Positions 33,783 through 48,539 of a stretch of 64,000 nt of DNA are shown one piece after another (positions within the stretch are counted from its first letter, which is position 1; each line of letters opens with the position of its first letter). A program made the position numbers and the translations under genes. The DNA comes from Massalongia carnosa (taxonomy: Eukaryota). The stretch is taken from the NCBI GenBank assembly GCA_965645245.1, contig OZ287068.1, positions 2,046,001 to 2,110,000 of the forward strand. Reading direction: 5' to 3'. The notes beneath the pieces were generated by a model. That model was not told where the DNA came from. It worked only from the letters and a program-made list of their open reading frames with translations, and ran no database searches.

Positions 33783-36239
33783 TGCGATGCCAGGCAACTC
33801 CTCAGCTGAACTAAAAAGACCACAGCACTCCTTTTGATCGTGTTCACAATCTTACATTGCATGTAAGATATATGGCCTGTGTAGCGTCAGATGTCGTCAT
33901 CATTTACCAACGCGTATGTCAGCTCCTCCCACCTGAATCTTCTCGCTCTCTCCACTCTATCCGTCTCGAACTCGGGGTTTCAAAGAATATTAACTCATGG
34001 GATGCTTCGGCTTGATTTTGTTCTCACCAAGCTTGGTAGGCAAGACTAATGATAAGACAGATACGGAACCGTGAGGCGTTCATGGTCTGTTGAGAACCTA
34101 CGCTCAACTCTTAAACCTACAAATCGATGTTGGATTGCGTCGGCTAGAACACGATTCATCACAATCAAAATACTTTGCCACAATGGCCAGAATTTTCTGT
34201 ATTTGGAGATCAGTTTACTCAACATATTTGTTCTTCTTAACTCATTTGTTTTATGATGTTAAGACAAGTTAACGTTTCCCCCATTCTGTTTAACCGAGCT
34301 CGCCGTAATTTGATAGACATCGTTGTCTCAGATAGCGATGCTGACCCCTCTTCGATGTTGGCATTTCTCAACTTGCTTAGAAATTGACGGGGTTCATCTT
34401 CCAGAGTTGCCTCACTATTCTGCTAAAACACCTGTTAATGCAACTGTCTTTCATTGCTCTTGCATTCCTTACATTCCTTAAATCTTGTATTTCATCTGTG
34501 GTTGTGAATAGCAACGCTTCTCTAAAAAAGGTTGTATCTTTTTCTATTTTCAGCTTCGAGAGTTGATTAAAGTAAAAACACGAATAATAACAATCTGCTT
34601 CCTTAATTGACCACCCCGCTTTACTTGGACTTGTGATGTCTTTCTCACAATACATAGTAACTTTGGCGGGCAATCAAGAACTGCAACGTTTCATTTTCGG
34701 CCTTTCGCCTTGCGACGGAGTGATTCCATCAAAGCCATGTTTTCATGTCAAAGATTTTCGGCATAAAAGTCTGATGAGTTCTTGTCGATCCTTCAGCGTG
34801 CGACATTATCACAACCTGGCAAAATGAGACAGCACGGTGACGACATATTTGCTACTCGGAGCAGTCGAAGATTTATTTTCACTTCACTGTGTTGAGGATC
34901 AAGATAAATACTCTGAAGCATGCCTTGAAATGTTGTACTTGGTTCAATTTCACAAAACGTCTATTTCCAATCACTTTGTCATATCAAGCACTGTTCGGTA
35001 TCCCTTTTAGGACGTCCCCCACCTGTTTACTTAAATTCGTCTCTTGCTCGCTGCGATTTTTTTGGCAAAGCTTGCAGCCGCTTCTCCTACAATAAAGCCA
35101 AGCATGAATGAAACACTCTACAAGAGAGTACCTCCGATTTCATTTGCGTGCGATGATTTCCCCGGTATGTTTTGCTTCCTAGAGCTGTGACATGGTCAAG
35201 CTAACATTGAGTTTCAGAAATTTGCACTAACATGTGCTGGGGTATGTTGATTCGACCTTTAAGTTTCTCGAATGTAGCTGGTTCTAACGGGGAACAGGTG
35301 CAAACTGTACCGAGCCTATCTTTGACGCGAAACTCTACTAATGACAAACATATCGACTCCAAGAAATTGAATCAATGAACGGGCGCAGGTTGCCAGCCAA
35401 GGTTAACCCGCTGCCCTGTGAAGCACAACTCGCCTTATTCATTCGCCGGCTTTAACTGCAACGATGACTTGCCTCACATGAGCGAAAACATTGCACATAA
35501 CACTATTAGTGAGCCAGAATATTCATTCGCTAGATATTCATTCGCTAGCACCAATGACGCCGATAAGGTGGGTAAGTCAACCGCTGCGTGCCAAAAACTC
35601 AAAATTCGGATATGCGCCGACTTCTTTACCATCAAGGTGTGCAGTTGTCGCTAACATACTCGCTTTCCGCATTCAGCCCAAGGAACCATTGTTAGAAATT
35701 ACATCAGTACCAGCTGCGGCTGCCAGTAATGCTCGTTCATCGTCAGCTTTGGCGGCCCCGCTTCCCCGGCGTCAAATACTGCGGAGCAAACACCGACCAA
35801 CACAACCTTTGCGTCCCCGACATCACCTTCAAGGGCCAGAAATCTGACGTCCAGCCTCCTGCCGCTGCGAAACGCAGCGTGAGTATAAAGCCCCGCGGTG
35901 GACTCTACAAGACGAAACGGGGCATGGAGGTCTTGTTTTCTGACGACCTGAAACCAGGAACGACCAGCAAGCATGCTCGGGCCCGAAGGACAACTCCGAT
36001 CATGGAGAAGCGGGCTGGAGGAACAACATCAATTAATGAGAAACGGCCCAACTGCGACACCGGAGATCATGATGAGTGGGACACTTGTCCCATCGCCCGG
36101 CTGATCAGGAGTGGCGAGGATGCCCGATTATGAGATCATTGATAACGCTATCGCGTACAATTTGAGTTAAACAGGGTTTGCCTTCGTAGACGCATTGGAG
36201 ACTGACTAAGAAAAATTGTTGTATCATTATCAATTTTTT

Positions 36240-39200
36240 ACATCTGTTACCGACCAGGAGAACAGGACCTAGTCATGATGAGGGCCCCAAGGGCGCCGGA
36301 AAAATGAGAGATTGATTGTCGATAATCCTCCTGCACCGATTCCAGCAGATCTCCCACACCAGCTTTTTCACCAACTGGAATCCAGCAAATAAGCATGTCC
36401 AGAAGCGCTCCAATAGCGTCATCTACGCCGGAGATTGGCACATGACGCCCAGAATCGAGATAGCCAAAACACACCGATTCCTTGCCTACCCATCTCCGTA
36501 GGAAGATTGCCTAGAAAGATTTCATAATAGTTGGGACCGTAATACCATGCTTCTGAGAAAAGACACGGAGATCGGCTGTAGGCCTACTCCCAAAAACCAC
36601 CGTGTTAAGCTGGCCACGTCCTTTAGCCTGGTCTGAAGCAACTGAGAAGAGACAAGGTTGAACATTCTTCAGATATTTCAGCCAATACTGCGTTTCCGAG
36701 CCATCACAGCTAAGCAAATGTTTGACATAGCGGCTATACCGGGAGCCTCTCCTGGCGGAATTTGACCTGAGTACAAGAGAGACCATTCCTCCAACAAGAT
36801 AGACCTTGAGATCGCATCCATGATAGAGTGGCTCATGTCAAGTCTGAAAATGACGTCTCCAGTCGCCATTTGGTGGATAGTCAGCTAGTGCGGCAGGCTT
36901 TTGTCTAGACTATCCAGTGGTGGCTGCATAGTAAGATTTTGGAGGGCGTCATCATTGGAGCATTCAACATCAACAATCATAGCGTGGACATCCTTGATCA
37001 CAACCTGATTCCACTCCGACTCGGATTTTCCTGGCACGAAAATAGTCCGGAGAGAAGTGTGGCGGTCTATTATTTTCTGCCACACGTCTTCGAGTCCATC
37101 TAAGCTGATCGGGGGCGCACCCTCATCTCAATTGATACGGCCAGTCAGCGACGTCGCATAAAGACTTCTCTCGTTCTTATGACACTCCAAAATCATTCGT
37201 TGCATGAGCGTGTAAGGATAAGCATCCTCGAGCTGATTTGACGATAGGCCAATAGATAGTAGCCTTTTGTTCGGAAAGTCATCAAGCTTCTCGTAGGATA
37301 GACATAAGAGCGGAAATGCAGAGAGCGTATGGCTTGGTAAAAGGCGAGGCAGCTCGTTTGCTGCCCCTTCAAGACAGTTCTTACAATATACCACCCATTT
37401 TTTGATAGAGTAAATGTGGTTCATGTGACGGTTGTACCAGAATGTAAACCGAAGACGACCTTCTGCAGCAGATGCCGTGGCCTCGATGAGTGCCATGCGC
37501 TTGAGATCACGTATAGTCTCTGACGGACTATCATTGTCTAGTCTGATAATCTGAAAAGTGCGCCATCATGTTCCAGTTGTTGATATAAACGCTCGTAGTT
37601 GAACAATATCTCGACGGGTTCGGGAATTTTGAAGACCTTCCCGCCCTCAGGGTTGTGGTATCGCGAAGCAAAATAGACCCATCCGTTTCTGGGCACTTTC
37701 CGCGATAGTCTTTAGTACGGCGAAGAGGCTCGGCAAAGGTTTGCCCTTTGTAAAACCTAATATTGTCGGCCACATAGTTGTAAACCATCCGACGGTCCTA
37801 GAAATGTCGATAGCCTCATCCCAAATTCCCGCCCATGCCCCCCGTTGAAGATGAGTGGTGCAGATTGATCCTGAAATATCTCTTCAAAGGAATACCATAG
37901 CGCTGCTTGAAAAACTTCCACAGGTTGAGTCCCGAAGGCATTACCCGTAGGCCCATACAAGAGGGACGTAGAATGTTCGTCCAGTATGAATTTAAGCTGT
38001 TGTATGTCCCCATATGTATTTTGGGATACTCCAGGTCCCCAGTAGTCATGCGGTAGGGGAGTGATCTGAACGTGTAAAGCCTTCTCAGGAGGCAGACTCT
38101 CAGCAGCGAACTGTGCCTGTAGACGGCACCAAGTTTGAAAAGATAGAGGACCAGTGTTGAATAATGATGCTCCGGTTAAATGCTTCTCGGAATCCTCAAG
38201 TAGAATCCGCTAGGACACTAAATCAATGACAGGATGATGAGCCACCAAGAATATATTGCCCATCATCACGTGTAACAATCAACTTTAGTGCAAGAAAGGG
38301 CCCGTTTTCAATGTCTAACAGTGCAGGTTTATCTTGAAGGACATGAATACTTTCCTGTAGTGTGGTAGTCTCAGTCTTCTAATAGCAGTAGCAATTATCT
38401 ACGGTCATCATGATCAGTTGGCTCCACTCCCATCCGTTCCTTGTGTGAATCGAGCACGTAGCATAGAATGTCTCGCTACGATAGATTTCATAGCAAAGAT
38501 AACGTCAATGGATTTGACTGGCCCGGTGATGCGTAGAAGAAACTCCTGAACAAACTGATTATATCCGCTCGTTCGATATTCGAAGAACAACTGCTGCATG
38601 GGTGGGAGTTCAAATGGAAAATTCACATGCTCCTCATTTTTTATGGAGGGATTCACAATTCTCGTGGCGCAGGAGCCCAGGCTTGCAATAATCCTTCTCT
38701 CAAATATCCGAGAGACAGTGATTTTAAGCTCTTTTGATCGACAATTTGCAGAGAGTTGCATTGCTGAGATGGAGTCACCACATATCTTGAAGAAGTTGTC
38801 GTCCACACCGATTCTCCCTGGGTCGACGTTCAACACTCAAGCCCAGAGATGCTGCAGCGCCTGTTCCACCCTCGGTGACAGTTGTCGCTTCTGTTTTGAG
38901 ATTAGGAGTGGGGCATAAAATAGTCACGGGGCAACCGTTCAGCTTGCTCTCGGAGTGATCGCCGATCCACCTTGCCAGCTATTGATCGTGGGATATAGCG
39001 TAGAGGGATGAAGATAGCAGGCACCATAAAGCTTGGTAGAATCTCAACCACCCGAGCCTCTGCAGAAATAGCCAGAGAGCGGAAGCTCTCAGAGAGGGGT
39101 TCCAAGATCTCAAGAAGGTTATTATTTTAATCGTGATGATGATATACTTTGGCGGACTCATCGCATAACACAAAAGCTACAAGCATCGTTTCCACCACCT

Positions 39201-42200
39201 CAACTACGACATCGCATGATCCTGGAAAGGCCTGGCGCACGTTCTGCTCAATCTCTTCAAGTTCTAGACGGTGTCCTCGAATCTTGACCTGTGTATCTTT
39301 GCGTCCGATGAACAGGAGTGTTCCATCTGGGTTATAGCGTACGAGATCCCCCGGTCCGGTACAGCTTGCCTCGCCTTCCCGGTTAGGTTCCAGATACTTC
39401 CCGAAGGAGCCAGGGCGGATTATCGATAAAGGAGACCTTCGTCTTCTCGGGCTCTCCTAAATATCCTTGTGCTACTAATGGACCTTCCAGCCAGAGTTTG
39501 CCAATGGCCCCGATAGCCGCCAGCCGATCGCCCGAGAGCTCGACCACCCATGTTACTAAGCCAATGCCACGCCCTATGTTGCCGACAGAGTCTATGTCGT
39601 TTTCATGAATATCAAATCCAGTGGCCGTCACGCTGCACTCTGCTGGTCCGTAAGTGTTTTTCAACCGGGTCCGGAAACTCCACATCTCGATGTCACGAAG
39701 AGATATGGATTCACCCGCCAGTATGAGTGCAAAGGCTCGATATGCTTGCTAGATCAAGGATCCGAGCCGTAGATGGTGTCAGGTCGGCGTAAGTCACAAC
39801 CATCCTAGCTATAAATTCTCCAATGTCGTCTTTGCGGGCCGGCTCAGAAGGGATGCACAGACAGCCACCGGATGAGACGCAATGCAGAAAATTTGACCAA
39901 GCGGCATCAAAGGAATATGACGCGAAATCGAGGACTCGCTCATTGCAATTGAACCCAAGAGTCTCCTGTTGATATTCAATGGCACTGCTGAGCTTTGAGT
40001 GAGAAATGATAATCCCTTTTGGTGTGCCGGTACTGCCTGAAGTGAAAACGACATACAACTTGCTATATGGATCGACCACAGGCAAGGGGCGAAAAATGTA
40101 TGTGCTCAACTGGTTAAGATGAAACTCATCGACGATTAAGACCGCTTTTATACCAAGGAGAGCTGCTATCTCCTGACATGTGACCGAGCACAGTATGATG
40201 TTGGGTTGGACTTGCTGAACAATCTATTGCAAACATTCCTTCGGTTGTGTTACGTCCATGGCTACTGACGCACCGCCTGCCTTCATTACCACCAGCATTA
40301 CGACTGGCATCCACATTGACTTCTCAAAGCAGCACGACACAATCACATCCTAACCAACTCCCTACTCAACAAGATGATATGCCAGCCGCGTTGACAGTTC
40401 ATCTAGCTCGCTATATGTCAGATCTCCATTCCATGCACAGACTGCAGGTGCATCTGGCTGCACATGAGCTTGCTCTGCAACGAGATTGTGTGTCTGCAGT
40501 TGAAACTATCGCATTCCATGTCCAAATTTCATGCATGTCCGCTTCAGTAGCAGCCACAAGATTCTGGACCTGCATCTGCCCGTTGTCCTCTGCACAGATC
40601 TGGTACAGTATATGGTCTAGCTGCCACATCATCCTCCATACCTGTCTCTGTTGAATTACCTGGGAGTCAAAGCTCAATTGTAGCCTGACACCACTAGATT
40701 CAAGCTGGCATTCCACGATAATGACATAAGGATTGAAGGAGTTAAGTTTAGCTGCATCCTTATTGTTATCCTCATTTGTTCCTGTCTGAAACAGCTCACC
40801 TTCATAGTGTGCTGTATCTATTAATGATATTGGTTGCACCACTAGTAGTTTCTGAAAGTGACTGCCTTGATCTATCTCCTGGCTGATCCTTCGGATCTGC
40901 TGCAAGCCCATCTGCTCAAATGGAATCATTTCAACTGCCTGTACTTGAATCTACTACAGAAAGCTATGAACACTCTTTTCCCAATTGGTACATATCCGTA
41001 CTGGTATTGTGGCAATGGTTGGCCCTGTCATGAGCTCAATTCCAGGGAGTGAGGCATTTCGGCCTGTCACTGTTGCACCAAACACCACATCTGATGAATG
41101 TGTGTAATGTGCTGCCAGAAAGCAGAAAGGTCCATGCAGCCCGCACCACGGCTGATGCAGTGATACCATTGTGGGGCCACTGGAGCGCAGAGATCTGGTG
41201 TTGCACAGTGTGGTCAGCCTGGGGTTGGTATCTCGCTGATGGCAAGGCTGGAAACAGTACTGCTTCTGAACCTTGCAACTGATCCTGCCAATACTGTCCT
41301 GCATCATTGTTGGACTGCATGATGTGTTTGAAAAAGCCCTGGAAGGGAGGCAGGGTATCTGCTTTCTTGCCCCAATAGACTTCCCCAACCTGTTTCAGAA
41401 TAAGCGGTGTGGACCACCCATCAAAAACCGTATAGTGCCTTGTCCACACAAAAAAATCGCTTGCCATATGTTTCCTCCTCTACCAGAGCAAACCGGGTGA
41501 GAGGTGTCCCCAGACCCATAGTCTTCCATTCATCCTGTTTCAAGTAGGTGTGAAGGTCTTGGTCAGTCATCCACTCGGGTTTTTCATCTATGACAACTTG
41601 CACCAACCCATGTTCAGGCAGATCAAAGATCGTGTCCTTAGAATAGGTGTTATAAGAATAACCTTTGCCCACGCTTTCTGAAAACGGTGTATATCCACAT
41701 GATCTTGTAGTTCCAGCACTCTCTGACTCACATAGTCGCCTGAGCGCTTCGCCGTCATCGCCAGCAAGCTTTCTTGAAGAGGTTTGCATGGAAATACGTC
41801 TTCTACATAAGGAGAAGCAAGCCCGCAGAGTGTAGCGACTGTTATCCGAGTGTTGCCTTCGTTGATATTAGGTATGAGAAGTGTAATAGGAGCAATAGTC
41901 TCTTGACTATAATCTTTTACTGTCATGACACGCGCGAGCTCACACAACCTTGGTGTGCAGATAAATCTGCCGCAGGCAATGACAGTCCTTGATTACGTGC
42001 CTCCCTAACCATCCGCAATACCCCAATTGAGTCACCTCCTATCCTCAGGAAGGTGTCATCTGCACCGATGCCACTGACTTCGGTGCCAAGGACTGATGCC
42101 CACAATATCTGTAGCCGCCGTTCCATCTCTGTCACTAGCACCCAAATTGTACGCCTGTACGGCTGCAGCTCCATCAACTGCTCTAGTGTCAGCAACTCAC

Positions 42201-44900
42201 CCATCTCATGCAGTTGCCGTCGATCCGTCTTGCCCGTCGCCGTCATCGGGACCCGGTCAATTTGGATAAATGTCCTGAGCACCATGTACGCTGGTAAGCT
42301 TTCCGCTAAAATTTTCTCTAGTCCAAGCACAAGCTGCCCGGGAGTTACAGTGGCCTCCTCTGCAGATCCAGCTGCCTCCTTACCGAACGCAAGGAAGGCT
42401 ACAAGCATAGAATTGCTGCTGCCGCTGGGCGTGATAACCTCTGCAACTACCAGAATGCCGCTGCCAAGGCTTTGTCGTACGTGGTGTTCGACCTCGCCAA
42501 GCTCCACGCGTTGCCCACTGATCTTGAGCTGGGTGTCTTTGCGCCCAATAAACGTAAGTGAGCCATCTCCATTGTATTGAACAAGGTCCCAGTGCGATAA
42601 AGTCCGCAGGCTTGCTTTTTAAAATGATTGAGCCAAGGGGGAGCAGGAATGAAAGCAATCGCCGTTCTTTTTAGGTCATTAAGATATTAAGATATTCTCG
42701 GGCCAGGGCTGGTCCCTCTATCAATAGTTCACCGATTACCCCTATCGCTGCCAGCTGTGATGGATCGTTTGGCCTGAATATCCAGCCAACGCCATTCACC
42801 ACTAGACCAACATTGCTGGATCTCCGCTGAGTGGGTCGGCCACGCTCAACAGCACAGCAGAAGGCTAGTTCTGTGGGGCCAAAGGCATTGAATAAGGTCA
42901 AATGGCGCAACCATTTGTTGATATCAGACTGAGACATTGCCTCTCCTATCGAAACAAGTTTCTTCAATATTGGCAAGTCACTAGGAGATGGTTCGGCTGC
43001 TGTAGATGGCGTAAGAATCGCCCATGTAATGTGCTGCCTCTGAATGAAGTCTACGAGGTCGGTTCGCTCGAATTCAGATGGGATGCAAAGACATCCCCCG
43101 GTCAGAAATGCATTCAAAATCTTATGCATGCTTGCATCAAATGCATACGATGCGAAATGGAGCACTTGTAAGCCTGGATGGACATTCATGTTAGGATTAA
43201 GGTTCCGTATGCCCGTAGTGGTATTCTGATGCTCCATGACAACGCCTTTCGGTTTACCGGTACTCCCAGAGGTATAAAAAACAAATGCAATAACTGATGG
43301 AAGTATGTTGGGTAGTTTACTGTCCAGCTGGGATTGGAGTCTATCTACCAGGGATTGGGATACCACAACAGTTTACCTTACGCCTGGCAGGCGTGTTTGA
43401 TTGGCTGGGGAAACTATAGTTATCGGAGCTCTGGTGTCTTGTATAATCGCTTGAGCTCGCCCCTTGGGCTGTGACGGTTCGATTGGGACGCAAACACCCC
43501 CTGCCCTCAAAACAGCCAGCATGGTCAGGCTCATCCACTTCGATTTTTCAAGGCACAAGAGGACCATTGTTGAGATCCTAATGCCATTTTGAATAAGGTA
43601 ATGAGAAATCATGGATGAAATAGCAGCCAGTTCCTTATATGAATTGCACCTCCTCTCTGTCAAGGATCGCTGCATCAAGACTGAACGCGATAACTAATCG
43701 CTTGTTATCGACCGCAGGAGTGCAGGTTATATCCAGAGCGCATGTTTCCAATACCCCATTCAGCTCTCTGAGGCGATTGCTGAACAGGCCTTGGCCGAGC
43801 AGTTGTTCAGTAGCGTGATTAATTGTTAAGTGAGACATGTATCCACATGCTCTGAACGCCTCGTAACCAATCTTGCTGATTTCCATTAGTCCTAGGTACT
43901 CATGCGCAATTCTTGCCACTGATTGAGCAGTTATGGCATCCAAAGCTGCCTTGACTGTTTGATTTTGTTTAAGTTAAATTCGCAGCGGAACAGCTGCAGT
44001 TATTGGACCGGTTGTATGCTCCATGTGGATGATATTTTGGGCAGGCATACTGAATCCATATAGAACGTCCTCGGAGTTTGTATAATGGCATATGAAAATA
44101 CCCCGAGCCAGCTGAATAATTACTGGTAACGTGAAGCCGAATCCTTGCCAGCACGGTACATTCATTTTGTGGTCGTGTGAACCGCGCGATGATGGTAAAT
44201 CTTGCTTCGGAAGATGAATGATGGGAAACGTGGCTGCATTTAGCCCACAAAATTGGCACTTCCAAAACATCTGAGATGCAGCACGCTCCAGAGATGTTTT
44301 ATATGCAATGAATTGGCTGAATAGCCGTGGCTGCCGTCTCTCTCCCTTATATGGTGCCTTAGCCTGTGCTAGCAACGATGATAAACAGATGGTCAAATAA
44401 GGCATGGTGGATTGCCAGAGCGAAAACGTGAGAGCATGACTCTTCTTCGGGCTGGATCATTGCAACCCGTACCAAAGGAGAGCCTTGCCCCATCGCTTCA
44501 GCCAAATTCGCCCTCAGGTACGTGTCCAGCTTATTATATGAGAGAAATTCGGGTCCTCTTTTCACAACAGCTTGAAAAGCGCCCAAGTCATTCTGAATCA
44601 GTCTCGTTCGGAGAATGCTGTTTGCCTCCACAATGGAATTCCAAGCGGCTTGAAATGGATACAAATTGATGTCAGGAGGAAGTCTGTTGACAAATCGGCC
44701 CACGCGGGCATTCGGCTGTGTCTTCATGGTTGACAAACTCCACGCCTGCCTGGCGGTACATGGATACATATCCTCCACGTTCTTCTTTAGGAGCCCGCAT
44801 TAGTGCCTCGAGGTGTTCAAAGATAGGCTTGGTATCTTTTGTCTTCAGATCGTGAAAAAAAAGATACGCTTTGGCGTGTAGCATCCTGCTGCCTTAACAT
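36240..44900 (-). pseudogene. Non-ribosomal peptide synthetase pseudogene, architecture C-A-T-C-A-T-E-C
   Basis: Many short ORFs in shifting frames. C1 EDMYPCT..RTRL..HHALFD (~44780-43650); A1 YTSGSTGKPKG, FGPTE, GRKDTQLK, TGKTDR; T1 GGDSI (~42030); C2 EDVFPC, HYTVFDGWS; A2 [33 protein letters not shown]2 GDSIS (~38770); E HHPVID, GHGRE, SRTVGWFTT; terminal C EDAYP, SHSIMD. Many frameshifts and stops. Confidence 0.93.
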
Positions 44901-45844
44901 TATAATCATGCGTCTGGCAATTGCCTTTTTGCAGGTGAGACTTGAGTCTTTGGAGTTGCTCCTGACATAGGCTTGGAATGGGCAAAAGTTAAAACATAGA
45001 TTCGAAAGTCGTAAGTTGGCCAAGCACCCATACAGTATTCGCATTCATAGGTCTACTACTCCGTAGTACCCTCCAGGCGCCATGCAAAGCGCCTTTTGTT
45101 CATCCCTGAATGAGTACGGAGAAGTACGAAGAGGTGAGGAGCTGAGCCAATTCGAGAGCTGGTAGCTTTAATTTTTTTTTTCTGGTGAGCGGCCGCTAGC
45201 TACACTGGTGATGCCTCGCAACCAACCTGGGGGAATATGCGGAGAACTATAGGTATCCATAGATGTTATTTTCTTGACTTCCTCCTATCGCATAGAACCC
45301 GCGATAGCTATGAGGTGAACAGGTTAGTAAGGGGAGGGTGCGAACACCCTACATCTAATGACGCCCGATTAGGATTAACTTGCATTGTTAAAAGTTTAAG
45401 GAAACAAGATTACTAGATACAATATCGTATTGCTGTTTAAGCTTTTACGGATAACGCTTTGCATTCTGAGTGATATTAATGCATATGCATTGCATTGCAT
45501 TAACGCAAAGCAAGACTTCGCAGGTTTCTTCTTAACTTCATCATGTTTTCGACATGCACTTCCGCAGTCACACTGCTAAACACGGCACATTCAGAAGATA
45601 AGCTCTTCATTTTTCGATTTAACTTTATAGGTCATTAAGATAATATGCACGCTCTCTATACTCCAAAATTACTTAAACACGGTTAATCGCTCAAGTATTG
45701 TAAGACCCCCCACATCAAACGTTAGGAAGGAAGACTGAACACTTGTAATATCTCTATTATAAGCGTCTTAAAATTGATCGTACCGTTAGAATTCTTAACA
45801 ATCTTTCCAGCCAAGCTGCTGAACGGAAACTAAAGAAAGCAACT

Positions 45845-48144
45845 ATGACACTGTCAAAGACCGAGGCACCAGCTGCATTCACTGCCGCGTTTAGGGTCTG
45901 GCAGCGGATGCAACAACTGCTGGAAGGTGGTGAACTCGTTGTGGATGGCAAAAGTCTAGATATCGGAGCCGTTGCTGCGGTGGCATAGTAAGGACCTTTT
46001 GGGCCTGAAGTTCTTAATAAAGATAGTAGCTGAGACAATTTGTTTCAATAATAGCCATGGCTGTCTACCGAAGCTCTCGACGGATGCTATTCTCCTTGAA
46101 AACCTGGAAGCGAGCGTAAGAGTGCTGATGGAGCAGCTGGATAAAGGCTACTATATTTACGGTTCATACACCAGTATTCGTATCTGAGGGCATTCTAGAG
46201 AAGGTGGTTTATCCATACAGCGCAACAGCCCACTGATTATAAATTTTATTACTAGGAGTCAATACCGGCTTCGGAGGCAGTGCGGATGCTCGCACCAATC
46301 GAGTTGTTGCGCTCCAAGCCGGGCTCCTCCAACATACCCAGGCGGGAGTGTTGGTAACAGCGGACACAACCGACAGTCACCATCAGGCCGGCCGGGTTGA
46401 GCGCAACTTCCTAGAATCTCATGCTATGCCAGCCCCATGGGTGCGAGCAGCGATTGCTGTTCGCTGCAATTCAACCGTGCGCGGGCATTCGGCCGTATCC
46501 CCTGAGATCATACAATCGCTCCTCAAGCTATTGGAGCACCGAATCACCCCCGTTGTCCCATTACGAGGCTCTATCTCTGCATCAGGGGACTTAATGCCTC
46601 TCTCATATATCGCCGGAGCCATTGAAGGAAGTCCTGATGTTTACGTGCAGGTTGGAGATTCTACGCCAGACGGTCCGGCTCGAATCATGACCGCTCGTGA
46701 TGCTCTTCTCTTCGTGGGTCTGGACCCCCGAAGTATGCAGCCTAAAGAGGGCTTGTGTATAGTCAATGGCACTTCATCTTCGGCGGCGTTGGCCAGCCTG
46801 GTGATGTATGAGTCCCATATGTTGGCAGTACTAGTGCAGGCATTGTCAGGGATGGCTGTGGAGGCTCTGATGGGGAACTCAGAGAGCTTCCACCCGTTTA
46901 TCAGCGCTATCCGCCCTCACAATGGTCAAATCGAATGCGCTCGTAATGTCCTTTATCTTTTACAAGGATCCCGTCTGGCACAAGGAATCAGCAATGCAAA
47001 GGATCGCAACCGGTCTGGATTGATTCAAGATCGCTATGCACTGCGCAGCGTACCGCAGTGGATCGGGCCCCAACTGGAGGATCTCCTCTCTGCTCATCAC
47101 CAGGTCACAACAGAGCTCAATTCATCTTGTGATAACCCACTTGTGGATGTAAATTCAAATGACATCTATTATGGCTGCAACTTTCAGGCTGCCTCCATCA
47201 CCTCAGCAATGGAGAAGACCCGCACCTCTCTACAGATGCTGGGAAGGTTAGTTTTTGCCCAGGCGACGGAAATGATTGAACCCCATCTTAGTAATGGCCT
47301 GCCTACAAATCTTGTTGCTGACGATCCCAACCTGTCCTTTACTATGAAAGGGGTAGACACAAATATGGCGGCTTACATGGCCGAGCTGGCTTATTTATCC
47401 CATCCTGTCAGTGCTCACATTCAATCCGCTGAGATGCATAACCAGTCCGTCAACTCAATGGCCCTTGCCTCCAGCCGTTTCAGCATGCAGGCTGTGGAAG
47501 TCCTGTCCATAATGTGTGCCTGTCACCTTTACGCAGGCTGTCAGGCATTAGACCTCCGTGCATTGCATTTAACATTCATTGACCATGCATCAGATGCTTT
47601 GCATGCCTTGACTGCACGAGTCTTTCCGTGCTTGTCAGAAATGGAGCTATCCCAGCTTAATCTAGCATTGAAAGCGCACGTCATTGAAACATGGCCAAAA
47701 ACAAGCACCCTTGCAAGTGAGGATCGGTGCCACGTGACTGCGAAGACCGCTTTGGATGTGCTTGTGGACGTTTTTTCTTCAGATGAACGCACTGCTGGGC
47801 CAAGCGTTGCTGATCTCGGCCGCTGGAAATTGCAGGCTATCAGTACGCTTAGAGGGTTGTACAACACCACAGCAGAGCAGTTCATCCAGAATCCCTGCAC
47901 CGTAGAGTTGCTTGGTACAGGCTCCAAGGTGTTATATAAAACTGTTCGGCAAGCGCTAGGCGTGCCATTTCATCTAGGGTTCATTGAGCACCCAACCGCC
48001 GAAAGTGATACATTACACGGTCGGAGCAAGAAGACCATTGGCTCCTGGATCTCCGTCATTTATGAAGCTATTCGTACTGGTCAGGTTATTAGCCCTTTGA
48101 TGGAAGTTTTGCAAACCAATGCATTTGATTCGGTAGAAACATAA
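45845..48144 (+). CDS. PAL: MIO-dependent aromatic amino-acid ammonia-lyase/aminomutase (PAL family), intact, 3 exons (45845-45987, 46055-46161, 46256-48144)
   Basis: Spliced frame is continuous: VDGKSL, YGVNTGFGGSAD, RGHSAV, GSISASGDLMPLSYIAG (ASG forms MIO), KEGL..VNGT, QDRYALR, DNPL, GCNFQ and AEMHNQSVNS. Confidence 0.95.
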
Positions 48145-48539
48145 CCGCCATTTAATCTTCGGATTACGATTACTTTGAGCTCGTAACGGCAGATCTACAG
48201 AAGAATAAATTTCTCATTTCCTGTCTTTTGTCTCCCTGCCTCTCACTATGATTCGTTCTCTCTCTGCTCGCTCTTTTGGGTTTCTTTGGGCTTGGAAAGG
48301 CATTTTTACACGTGAAATAGGAACTGTATCGTCCTCGAAGTTCTGAAAAGCATGGGAGATAAAAATTTCCCGCCACTTAGATGTCTAGATTAAAGATGCA
48401 CAACGCTCGATTTTGAGAGCTAGCCTAAGCTATTCTATCACCGAAAGATATTCAAAACTATTCAGAGTTATCTTGCGTTTCCTGACCGAAATATTTTAGC
48501 TCTAGTAAATAGGTACGCGAGGCAATTATAGGTCAGGTA

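Noticed and set aside
34300..36133. Short ORFs as genes
   Set aside because: Possibly remnants, but no recognisable motif or consistent exon structure.
19989..36200. Starship-type giant element carrying the kinase and hypothetical genes
   Set aside because: No DUF3435 tyrosine-recombinase captain or element boundary is recognisable in the window.
36240..44900. NRPS fragmentation explained by introns, recoding or sequencing error
   Set aside because: The breaks lack splice signals, include in-frame stops and degraded catalytic motifs, and the adjacent PAL, GUT2 and element 2 ORFs are clean.
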